32,000 nucleotides of DNA from Citreicoccus inhibens (GCF_019039035.1 NZ_JAHNZT010000030.1:78099-110098); one strand, 5' to 3'. Shown: positions 24,647 through 32,000, numbered from the stretch's first letter. Notes: generated from the letters alone by a model not told the origin. Program-made: numbers and translations.

Positions 24647-25294
24647 CTACTCGGTCTCCGGAGGCTGGGGGGTCAACAGCGCGTGGAGCTTCTGCCGCGC
24701 CCGGGCGAGGCGCGTACCCACCGTGTTCTTGTTGAGGCCCAGGTGGTCGGCAATCTCGATGTACGAGCGCCCTTCGATTTCCTTCATCCGGAACACCGTA
24801 CGGAACTCCTCAGGAATCTGCTCCAGCGCCTCGCGAACTTCCGCGGTGCCGAACTTCGCCCACAAGGGCTCGTCCTCGGGCAGCGGCGCGGCGACCGTTT
24901 CCTGCACTTCTTCCGCGGACACCCCGGCCCGGCGCTCGCGCAGCTTCAGGCGGTGTCGATCGAAGAAGAGGTTGCGCTGGACGCGCAGCAGCCAGGCGCG
25001 CGCGTCCCCCTGCGTCTTCAGCTGCTCGCGGTGGCGCCAGGCGCGCTCGTAGGTGTCCTGGATGAGGTCGCCCACATCCGAGGCATTGCCGGCGAGCTGC
25101 ATTCCCCGCGTGCGCAAGAGCGTGTCGTGCTGGCGAATGAAGGCGTCGAACCAGCGGCGGTCCTGCACTTCCAATGAAGGGGGCTCGCTCTCCACGCGGG
25201 ACACAGGCTGGCTGGTCGGTTCGGGAGCAGTCAAGCGCCGCGAGCCCCGGACCGCCGGGAGCCGCCCCATCCACTCCAGCGCGAAAGTATCCAT
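24647..25294 (-). CDS. ECF (group IV) sigma-70 family RNA polymerase sigma factor
   Basis: Region 2 is DVGDLIQDTYERAWRH and RAWLLRVQRNLFFDRHR. Region 4.2 is FRMKEIEGRSYIEIADHLGLNKNTVGTRLARARQKL. ATG at 25294 with GAGGA about 10 nt upstream. There is an N-terminal extension of about 40 aa. Confidence 0.9.
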   Translation of the reverse strand: MDTFALEWMGRLPAVRGSRRLTAPEPTSQPVSRVESEPPSLEVQDRRWFDAFIRQHDTLLRTRGMQLAGNASDVGDLIQDTYERAWRHREQLKTQGDARAWLLRVQRNLFFDRHRLKLRERRAGVSAEEVQETVAAPLPEDEPLWAKFGTAEVREALEQIPEEFRTVFRMKEIEGRSYIEIADHLGLNKNTVGTRLARARQKLHALLTPQPPETE

Positions 25295-25474
25295 GGCGTC
25301 CCCGTCCTCAGGCCCTTGCGGAGAGTCCACCGCACTGCTCCGCTCCGCGCAGCCGTACCCACAACCCCGACGCGTGCATGTCTTCAGTCCCTCCCTGAAC
25401 AAGCGGTCCGGAAGGGAAACGAAGCGTGTGGCCAATCTTCCCAGCGGGGATATTCGCGCCATTTCCTCCCGCGC

Positions 25475-25993
25475 TCAGGAAGGGCGACGCATTCGCGCCG
25501 CGCGCCGCGCGCAGGAGAAGCCCACCCAGCCGAGGACGGGCGCCATCAACAGCGGGGCCCGGGCGTCCACCTGACGCGCGGAGACGGTGTAGGCCACCGC
25601 GCTGCCCAGCCGCAGCGCGCGCTCCACCCTCGCGGCAGGCGCTCGACGCCCCCCGCCCCAGGGCCCGCTGAGATGGAGGCCCAGTTGGGCTCCCCACCAC
25701 ATCAAGGCCCGTGAGCGCGCCGGCCCCGCGGCCGAGCCCCACACGCGCCACGCCGACACGGCGAGCAGCGCGGACATCAGCGTCCACGCGGGCCCCGTCA
25801 CGCCGTCTCGACGCGGCGAGGTCGACCGTCCCACCCCACGCCATGAGCGCGCGGGGGACGTCGTCCAGCGTGCGCCCCAGAGCGAAGCCCCCGCGGTCAG
25901 CGCCCCCATCACCCCGAGCGCCGCGGCCGACTCCCGGTTGAGCGTGGCGTTGCGCTGAAGCCCCGCGGGCGTACCCCATGCGGTCAGGTCCAT
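25475..25993 (-). CDS. TspO/MBR-like (tryptophan-rich sensory protein-like) protein, highly divergent
   Basis: 172 aa. Strong SD GGGAGGA 6 nt upstream of the ATG at 25993. GC3 is about 88% in this frame. Collinear TspO-like blocks: GPAWTLMSALLAVSAWRVW, ALMWWGAQLGL and QVD...LLMAPVLGWVGF. The segments expected to be TM helices carry many Arg/Gly. Confidence 0.5.
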   Translation of the reverse strand: MDLTAWGTPAGLQRNATLNRESAAALGVMGALTAGASLWGARWTTSPARSWRGVGRSTSPRRDGVTGPAWTLMSALLAVSAWRVWGSAAGPARSRALMWWGAQLGLHLSGPWGGGRRAPAARVERALRLGSAVAYTVSARQVDARAPLLMAPVLGWVGFSCARRAARMRRPS

Positions 25994-26109
25994 GTGTCGT
26001 CCTCCCAGCGCCCCACGGGGAAGCTGGGCGCGCGAAACTCCCCGCGCCAGCCGCGCCCGCCCGCCAGTGTTACAAGAGACCTTTCCCGTGCCACGCGGCG
26101 AGGCTGCGC

Positions 26110-26700
26110 ATGACGACTCCGGATGATGTCCTGGGCTTCTGGTTCGGCCAGCCCCCTGACCCCGCCCGAAATCCCACCTGCGCGAGGCCGCGCGCGCTGT
26201 GGTTTCAGCGGGACGCGGCCTTCGACCAGGCGTGTCAGCCATTCCTGGACGCGCACACGCACGCGGCCGCAGGAGACCTGAGGGATTGGGCGGACGAGCC
26301 ACGCAGCGCCCTCGCGCTGGTGCTGCTGTTGGACCAGCTTCCGCGCAACCTCTTCCGAGGCTCCGCGCGCGCCTTCGCTTCGGATGCGCGCGCCCGAGAG
26401 GTCGCCCGGCACGCGCTGGCCCGAGGCCTGGACACCGCGCTGCCCCCGGTGTGGCGCTGGTTCATGTACTTGCCGTTCGAGCACAGCGAGGACGCGCACG
26501 ACCAGCGGCTCTCGGTCTCCTTGTTCGAGCAACTCGCCCTGTCGCGCGGCGCGGACAGCACCTCCGCCATCGAGTCCGCGCGGCAGCACCGAGACATCAT
26601 CGAGCGCTTCGGCCGCTTCCCCCACCGCAACGCGGCGCTGGGCCGCGAGTCCACCCCGGACGAAGTGGCCTTCCTCCAGGAGCCCGGCTCGTCCTTCTGA
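26110..26700 (+). CDS. DUF924 family protein
   Basis: MTTPDDVLGFWFG..., LVLLLDQLPRNLFRGS and IIERFGRFPHRNAALGRESTPDEVAFL are characteristic DUF924 blocks. ATG at 26110. Confidence 0.88.
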   Translation: MTTPDDVLGFWFGQPPDPARNPTCARPRALWFQRDAAFDQACQPFLDAHTHAAAGDLRDWADEPRSALALVLLLDQLPRNLFRGSARAFASDARAREVARHALARGLDTALPPVWRWFMYLPFEHSEDAHDQRLSVSLFEQLALSRGADSTSAIESARQHRDIIERFGRFPHRNAALGRESTPDEVAFLQEPGSSF

Positions 26701-26837
26701 GGCGGCCCGCCTGGTCGCTCGGTCGGGCTGCGTCCGGCCGTGTGGGTTCACCCCGCCGCGCGGAGACGACGCGGGGAGGACTGCCGGGCGGAACGAGCGC
26801 TGGGGTAGCGTGCGCGCACCGTGCTCGCGGAGGGGAC

Positions 26838-29183
26838 GTGGCGGCAGACATCGCGGACATCATCCGGCAGCGCTGGCGCAACCAGTGGAAGCAGATGCTG
26901 GGGGTCGCCCTGGGCGTCACGCTCGTGGCGGCGCTGTGTGGGTGGCGCGGGCTGTTGGATGACGCCGAGCACAGCGCCTACGACAAGGCGCTCACCACGT
27001 ACACCCGCGCGCCCGGCCCGTCCTCGCGCGTGGTGGTGGTGGCCATCGACCAGTCGAGCCTGGATGAGATGGGCCGTGATGAGCAGTACCGCCGCAACTT
27101 CGGCATCTGGCCCTTCAGTCGCAACCTGTGGGCGCGCGTGGTGGAGGAGCTGAAGGCACGCGGCGCGCGCGCGGTCCTCTTCGACGCGGTGATGCAGGAG
27201 GCCTCCACCGACGAGGCCATGGACCTGTCGTTCGCGCAGGTGCTGCGCGACACGCACCTGCCCTTCTACCTGGGCCTCTCCACCCATGGCTCGGCGCTCC
27301 CGCTGCCGCGCGCGGAGGCCACGGCGCCCCAGCCCGTCGCGCCCCCCCCCGCGCCCACCGAGTCCGCGCCCGTCCAGGCCGTACCCGCCGGCGACGAGGA
27401 GTTCACCGACACGCCCGAGCCCACGACGCCCGCCGTAACGCCCGAGGAGCTGGCCCGAGCCCTGGCCTTCCCGGCGCGGCGCGACGACGCGCGGCTCTTG
27501 CCCACGCTGGAGTACGCAGCCAGTGATGGGGCTCGACGCATGCGCTACCCCGTGCCGCCCATCCCCGCCCTGGTCGGCGCGGCGAGCGGCTTCGGCCTGG
27601 TGGACACAGAGGTGGACGCGGACGGCTTCATGCGGCGCACGCGCTTCGCGTACACGGATGGCATCAACACCTACGCCACGCTGCCGACGCGGCTCGCCGC
27701 GGACCTGCTGGGCGCGAAGGAAGTGCGGCTGTCGGGGCGCATGCTCACGCTCGGCGAGCGTCACTTCCGGGTGGACGCGGATGGCAGCGCGGCAATCGAC
27801 TATGGCGGCGCGATGCACGAGCGCTTCCAGTTGGTGCGTCTGGTGGATGTGCTGGAAGACTGGGCGCGACGCCAGCAGGGCCAACCGTCGCGACTGCCTT
27901 CGGACACCTTCACCGGGAAGGTGGTGGTGCTGGGCGGCACCGCGCTGGGCGTCAACGACATCAAGGCCACGCCCTTCTCCGCCGCCGAGCCGGGGCTGGT
28001 GAAGCAAGCCGCCGTGGTGGATGCGCTGCTGGGCGGCGCGTTCATCACCCGCGCGGCGCCCTGGGTGGACCTCACCGTCACCTTCCTGGTGGCACTGGTG
28101 TCCGCGGTGCTGCTGATGACCGCGCGCTGGACGCCGCTGGAGGTGCTCTGGCCCGTGGCCATCTTCTTCGGGCTGCACCTGGTGATGGGGCTCTTCCTGC
28201 GCACCGCGCACACGCACGTGCTCACCGCGATGCCCTCCCTGGCGGGCGTGGGCGCCAGCGTGGGCGCGCTGGCCTTCAATCACTTGCTGGCCAACCGCGA
28301 GGCCGAGTTCATCCGGCAGACGTTCAGCCGCTTCATGGACGCGCGGCTGGTGGACCAGATGCTGAAGGGGCACCAGCTCCCGCGGCTGGACGGCGAGAAC
28401 AAGGAGATCACCGCCTTCTTCAGCGACATCCGCGGCTTCTCCACCTTCAGCGAGCGCTTCAAGGAGGACCCCCGCGCGCTGGCGCGAATCCTCAACACGT
28501 ACCTGACGCGGGTGACGAACGCGCTCCTGCGCGAGGGCGCGTGCCTGGACAAGTACATCGGCGACGCGGTGGTGTGCCTCTTCGGCGCGCCCATGGCGCA
28601 AGCGGACCACGCGGTGCGCGCTTGCCGAGGAGCGCTGGCCGCGAAGGCCGAGGTGGACGCGCTGCGGGAAGAGTTCCGCGCCAGGGGCCTGCCGGACGTC
28701 TACACGCGCATCGGCGTCAACAGCGCGGTCAACTTCGTGGGCAACTTCGGCAGCGAGCAGCACTTCAGCTACACGGCCATTGGTGACGGGATGAACCTGG
28801 CGGCGCGGCTGGAGGGCGCGAACAAGGCCTACGGCTCGCTCATCATGATTGGCCCGCGCACCTATGAGCTGGCGCGCGAGCACATCGAGGTCCGCGAGCT
28901 GGACCGCGTGCGGGTCGCCGGCAAGACCGAAGCCGTCACCGTGTACGAGCTGCTGGCCCTCAAGGGCGGATTGAGCGCGCCGATGCGGCGCACGGTGGAG
29001 GGCTACCACGCGGCGCTCGCGCTCTATCGCGAGGCGCGCTTCGCGGACGCGGTCACCGCGCTCGAGGCGTTGCGGCGCGAGGCCCCCGAGGACGGGCCCA
29101 CGAAAGCGCTGCTGGAGCGCTGCCGCGAGTACTTGGAAAACCCACCCGCGGTGTTCGACGGCGTGGCCAACCTGGAGAAGTGA
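26838..29183 (+). CDS. CHASE2-domain membrane sensor fused to a class III (IIIb-type) adenylate cyclase with a C-terminal TPR-like tail
   Basis: GTG at 26838 with GGAGG 4-5 nt upstream. TM1 is MLGVALGVTLVAALCGW. The CHASE2-like periplasmic region includes VVVVAIDQSSLDE and FDAVM. Three TM helices lie at about 28040-28290. Cyclase motifs are ITAFFSDIRGFS (D530, 28425-28427) and DKYIGDAVV (K572 at 28551-28553, D576). YTAIGDGMNLAARLE places T646 (28773-28775) at the substrate-Asp position. The upstream part of ORF 26199.. overlaps DUF924 and is rejected. Confidence 0.9.
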   Translation: MAADIADIIRQRWRNQWKQMLGVALGVTLVAALCGWRGLLDDAEHSAYDKALTTYTRAPGPSSRVVVVAIDQSSLDEMGRDEQYRRNFGIWPFSRNLWARVVEELKARGARAVLFDAVMQEASTDEAMDLSFAQVLRDTHLPFYLGLSTHGSALPLPRAEATAPQPVAPPPAPTESAPVQAVPAGDEEFTDTPEPTTPAVTPEELARALAFPARRDDARLLPTLEYAASDGARRMRYPVPPIPALVGAASGFGLVDTEVDADGFMRRTRFAYTDGINTYATLPTRLAADLLGAKEVRLSGRMLTLGERHFRVDADGSAAIDYGGAMHERFQLVRLVDVLEDWARRQQGQPSRLPSDTFTGKVVVLGGTALGVNDIKATPFSAAEPGLVKQAAVVDALLGGAFITRAAPWVDLTVTFLVALVSAVLLMTARWTPLEVLWPVAIFFGLHLVMGLFLRTAHTHVLTAMPSLAGVGASVGALAFNHLLANREAEFIRQTFSRFMDARLVDQMLKGHQLPRLDGENKEITAFFSDIRGFSTFSERFKEDPRALARILNTYLTRVTNALLREGACLDKYIGDAVVCLFGAPMAQADHAVRACRGALAAKAEVDALREEFRARGLPDVYTRIGVNSAVNFVGNFGSEQHFSYTAIGDGMNLAARLEGANKAYGSLIMIGPRTYELAREHIEVRELDRVRVAGKTEAVTVYELLALKGGLSAPMRRTVEGYHAALALYREARFADAVTALEALRREAPEDGPTKALLERCREYLENPPAVFDGVANLEK

Positions 29184-29208
29184 CGCCGTCCTGGCGTTGG
29201 GGGTCGTG

Positions 29209-29790
29209 ATGCGGATGCGATGGAAGGCAGGCGTGGTGCTGCTGGCGCTGGGGGCGCCCGCCCTCGCGCTGGCGGTGAGTCCCGGCGGTTCGTTGTACGT
29301 GAAGGCCAAGAACACCCGGGTGATGAAGAGCCCGTCGCCCACGGCCGACGCGGTGGTGGTGCTCCAGCCCGGGCAGCAGGTGGTGTGGAACGGCGCGGAG
29401 CCCTCCAACAAGCAGTGGCACAAGGTGACGGCGCCGGGCGGCAAGCAGGGCTTCGTCTTCCAGACCAACCTGTCCACCACGCCGCCGCGCATGGAGCTGG
29501 TGGCCAAGGACGGCAACGCGCGCCAGGTGGACCCCGCGGCGTTCGTCGCCAGCGGCGCGGCGGTGAAGGCCCTGAGCCCCGGCGCCGAGCAGTACAGCAA
29601 GGAGAAGGGCGGCGACTACGCCCAGTCCGCCGAGCAGCTCAAGCAACTGGAGAAGCTGGCGCGCGACATCAAGCCCGCGGCCATCGCCAGGCACGTGACG
29701 GACGCGGAGCTGTTCCCCGTGGTGGGCGGCAGCGAGGTCGCGGGGGCCTCGGGCAGCTCGGCCGCGAAGAAGAAGGGGGGTGCGCGATGA
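29209..29790 (+). CDS. Secreted bacterial SH3-domain protein
   Basis: Signal peptide MRMRWKAGVVLLALGAPALALA-VS. SH3_3-like segment: LYVKAKNTRVMKSPSPTADAVVVLQPGQQVVWNG...WHKVTAPGGKQGFVFQTNL. The start is 25 nt after the cyclase stop, and the stop overlaps the next start (ATGA). Confidence 0.75.
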   Translation: MRMRWKAGVVLLALGAPALALAVSPGGSLYVKAKNTRVMKSPSPTADAVVVLQPGQQVVWNGAEPSNKQWHKVTAPGGKQGFVFQTNLSTTPPRMELVAKDGNARQVDPAAFVASGAAVKALSPGAEQYSKEKGGDYAQSAEQLKQLEKLARDIKPAAIARHVTDAELFPVVGGSEVAGASGSSAAKKKGGAR

Positions 29791-30791
29791 GTCGCCACCT
29801 GTCGGTCATCGTCGCGGCGGTCCTCGGCGGGGCCTCGGCGGGCTGCGCCAACATCGCGCTCAACTCGAGCGCCCTGTCGAGCGGCAGCGCGTTCGCGGGC
29901 CGCGTGATGGAGAACGGCGCCAAGGCGGTGCACGACGCGAGCAAGTGCAATGCGTTCAAGGTCGAGCCGGCGGTGAAGGAGGAGTACGCGCTGGGCGGCG
30001 CGGTGGCCGTGCATTGGGTGCAGCGAGGCGGTGGGCTGCGCCTCAAGGGCAGCGGAGAGCCCGAGGTGAACGTCTACCTCAACACCGTGGGAAAGAACCT
30101 CGCGGCCCAGTCGGAGCGCCCCACCTTGGAGTGGACCTTCGGCGTGCTGGCGGACTCGAAGAACTTCACCGCGCTGTCCTCGCCCGGCGGCTACGTCTTC
30201 GTCACGCACCGACTCCTGGCCGGCGTGCAGAACGAGGCCGAGCTGGCCGGCGTGCTCTCGCACGAGATTGCCCACATCGTGCTCAAGCACGCCATCCACC
30301 AGTACACGAGTTCGAAGGTGAGCCTGTGCAAGGCGCTCGCGGTGGGCAATGCGGTGGGCGGCGCGCTCCTCCCCCCGGCCGTGGTGAGCACGGTGGTGTC
30401 GGGCGGTGACCACGGCACCCTGGACCTGGATGGCAACACGAGCCTCCTGGGCAAGCTGGCCGAGAAGACCATCGACCTGCTCGACAAGGGCAACAGCAAG
30501 GACGAGGAGTTGGAGGCGGACCGCATGGCCGCCCAGCTCATGATGTCCGCGGGCTACGACCCGCGGGCCTTCGTGAGCCTCCTCAAGCGCACGGACGAGG
30601 GCGGCGGCGTCTTCGCCAACCACCCCAAGCGCGACGACCGGGTGGAGAACATCGAGGACTACCTGAAGCAGGTGCGCGCGACGGAGGGGAAGCAGGAGTT
30701 CGCGGGCCTCACCACGCAGGGACTCAAGAGCCCGCCCCTGCCTCACGAGGTCACCGCCCAGCAGGGCGGGGTCGCGCGAGATACGAAGTAG
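29787..30791 (+). CDS. M48-family zinc metallopeptidase, lipoprotein
   Basis: Lipobox VLGGASAGC. Zinc site LSHEIAHIVLKH (HEIAH at 30261-30275), and the third ligand region EELEADRMAAQLMMSAGYDP. The ATG at 29787 overlaps the upstream TGA. Confidence 0.9.
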   Translation: MSRHLSVIVAAVLGGASAGCANIALNSSALSSGSAFAGRVMENGAKAVHDASKCNAFKVEPAVKEEYALGGAVAVHWVQRGGGLRLKGSGEPEVNVYLNTVGKNLAAQSERPTLEWTFGVLADSKNFTALSSPGGYVFVTHRLLAGVQNEAELAGVLSHEIAHIVLKHAIHQYTSSKVSLCKALAVGNAVGGALLPPAVVSTVVSGGDHGTLDLDGNTSLLGKLAEKTIDLLDKGNSKDEELEADRMAAQLMMSAGYDPRAFVSLLKRTDEGGGVFANHPKRDDRVENIEDYLKQVRATEGKQEFAGLTTQGLKSPPLPHEVTAQQGGVARDTK

Positions 30792-30815
30792 GACGGCCGC
30801 GTCGCCGGGCCGTCC
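30791..30815. terminator. Candidate bidirectional terminator hairpin
   Basis: GGACGGCC (30791-30798) and GGCCGTCC (30808-30815) form a perfect 8-bp stem with a 9-nt loop, between the convergent M48 and coiled-coil genes. Confidence 0.45.
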
Positions 30816-30824
30816 GCGTGCGCG

Positions 30825-32000
30825 TCAGCGCGCGGCGGCCTGGCTGAGCGCCCGGTGCACGGCCTCCAGCGCCTTGCGGGCCTCCAAAAGCTCGGCGCGC
30901 TCGGAGGTGAGCGAGGCCACCTGCTGCGCGAGCACGTCGCGCTCGCCCTGGAGCGTCTCCACGGCGCGGCGCAGGGACGCGGACTCGTCCTTGGCGCCCT
31001 CCAGCTCCGAGGCGAGGCGCTCCTCTTCGGCGAGGCTGTCCGCCAGCGCCTGCTTGCCGCGGACCACCTCGACCTCCAGGCCCTCGTGCTCCTTCGACGC
31101 GGCCTGGAGTGCCTGACGCGACTCCTGGAGGGACAAGAGCGCCTCGTCGCGCTCGCCCTCCAGCGCGGCCAGCTCGCGCTCCAGGTCGGCCAGCAGCTTC
31201 ACGCGGCCTTCCATCTCCGAGGACAACCGGCGCGCCTCGTCCATGCGCAGGCGGGCTTCCTCGGTGGCCTTCTCGGCCTGACGGCGCGAGGCCTCCAGGT
31301 CCTGCGTGAGGGTGAGGTTGAGCGCCTTCACCCGCGTCAGCTCGGCCTGCAGGGTGGTGATGCGCTCCACCGCGCGCTGGCCGGCCTCCGCCACCGTGGC
31401 GGGCAGCGGCTCCGGGCGCGGGTTCTCGCGCACCGCCTTGAGCCGCGCCTTGAGCCGCTCACGCCTCGAGTCCGCGTCCAGGGCCTCCTCGCGCGGCGCG
31501 GCGGGCTGCTGCACCTCCACCTCCGCGGGCGGCGCCTCGGTCCGGGCCACCGTCTCGACACGGGCGGTCACAGCGGTTTGCGCGGGAGCGAAGGTCATCA
31601 TGGGCGCGACCTCGGGGACGGCGGGCGGAGCAGGCACGACCGGATGCGCTTCAGCGGAGCCCCAGGCTGGGGCGGGCGCGGCATACGCCATCGGGGGCTC
31701 GGGCTCGGCCAGCATCGAGGGCGGCGGCGACGCGAACGTGACGGCCATCTCTCGCGCCGGGGCCGCCTCGCGCTCCCAGGTAGGGGCGACGGCGACGGGC
31801 TCCTGCCAGGGCGTCTCGGGGACCTCCCACGACTCGGCGGCCGTGGGCGGAGATACCAGCGCGGACAGCGCGTGGGCCACGGGCGCGGGCATCGTCGGCG
31901 CGGGGGCGGCGGGCTCGGCGGCCCGGGTCAGCAGGGCGGACGGCACGGCCGGCGCGCGCAGGGCGGCCTCCATCGCCTCGGCGGCGGTGGGGCGCGGGGC
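30825..32000 (-). CDS. Coiled-coil protein with Pro/Ala-rich N-terminal region; probably continues past the window end
   Basis: About 200 aa at the C-terminus form continuous heptad-type coiled coil (LQAELTRVKALNLTLTQDLEASRRQAEKATEEARLRMDEARRL...). The first ATG in the window is at 31973, but the frame stays open with high GC3 to position 32000. Confidence 0.7.
   Translation of the reverse strand, partial: APRPTAAEAMEAALRAPAVPSALLTRAAEPAAPAPTMPAPVAHALSALVSPPTAAESWEVPETPWQEPVAVAPTWEREAAPAREMAVTFASPPPSMLAEPEPPMAYAAPAPAWGSAEAHPVVPAPPAVPEVAPMMTFAPAQTAVTARVETVARTEAPPAEVEVQQPAAPREEALDADSRRERLKARLKAVRENPRPEPLPATVAEAGQRAVERITTLQAELTRVKALNLTLTQDLEASRRQAEKATEEARLRMDEARRLSSEMEGRVKLLADLERELAALEGERDEALLSLQESRQALQAASKEHEGLEVEVVRGKQALADSLAEEERLASELEGAKDESASLRRAVETLQGERDVLAQQVASLTSERAELLEARKALEAVHRALSQAAAR

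Noticed and set aside
21819-25052. 1077-aa plus-strand ORF, plus nested 450-aa (-) and 402-aa (+) ORFs at 23176-24528
   Set aside because: Extreme Arg/Pro/Ala/Gly composition. These ORFs overlap the anti-sigma-TPR-CHAT and ECF sigma genes, which have specific motifs and operon-like spacing.
25295-25474. Search for an ECF-type autoregulated promoter (GGAAC-N16/17-CGTC) upstream of the sigma gene
   Set aside because: Only weak partial matches were found on the minus strand, for example GGAAGA...CGTT and GGACC. None has convincing spacing, so no promoter is called. Read-through from the upstream TspO-like gene is also possible.
26199-26837. N-terminal 213 codons of ORF 26199..29183 (cyclase extension)
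   Set aside because: It overlaps the DUF924 gene in another frame and translates to Arg/Pro/Gly-rich sequence. A GGAGG-preceded GTG at 26838 gives a normal short cytoplasmic N-terminus before TM1.
26748-29600. 950-aa minus-strand ORF opposite the CHASE2 cyclase
   Set aside because: Shadow ORF. The plus strand carries TM helices, the CHASE2 layout and complete class III cyclase motifs.
1-32000. Scan for tRNA/rRNA, CRISPR arrays, IS elements, integrases, phage genes or a compositional island
   Set aside because: I found no repeat-spacer periodicity, no transposase/integrase-like ORFs, no terminal inverted repeats, and no extended low-GC block. The only AT-rich patches are short promoter/operator regions (about 5510-5530, 8950-8970 and 10350-10385). 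The window looks like core chromosome rather than a mobile island.

Overview
High-GC (about 70%) chromosomal segment whose gene content looks myxobacterial (Myxococcales-like; this is inference only). I call about 27 tightly packed protein-coding genes on both strands. By eye I found no rRNA, tRNA, CRISPR array, transposase or integrase. Housekeeping and accessory enzymes: RNase Z (partial), NDH-2, a YtcJ-like amidohydrolase, a LysR/MFS divergent pair, ohrR-ohr, an EEP nuclease/phosphatase, and M1, M13 and M48 metallopeptidases. Three gene sets look like functional modules and are not explained by standard annotation. (1) An ECF sigma factor, a ZAS anti-sigma fused through one TM helix to a periplasmic TPR-CHAT caspase-like protease, and a lipoprotein (20911-25294). 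(2) A translationally overlapping HipA-like kinase + DUF3037 pair, followed by an EEP enzyme (10479-12681). (3) An operon of a CHASE2 class IIIb adenylate cyclase, a secreted SH3 protein and an M48 lipoprotein protease (26838-30791). Starts were refined from the ORF track using SD motifs, signal peptides and the GC3 switch. The many very long Arg/Ala/Gly/Pro-rich ORFs antisense to real genes are high-GC shadow ORFs and were rejected. All family assignments come from motif recognition by eye, with no database search.
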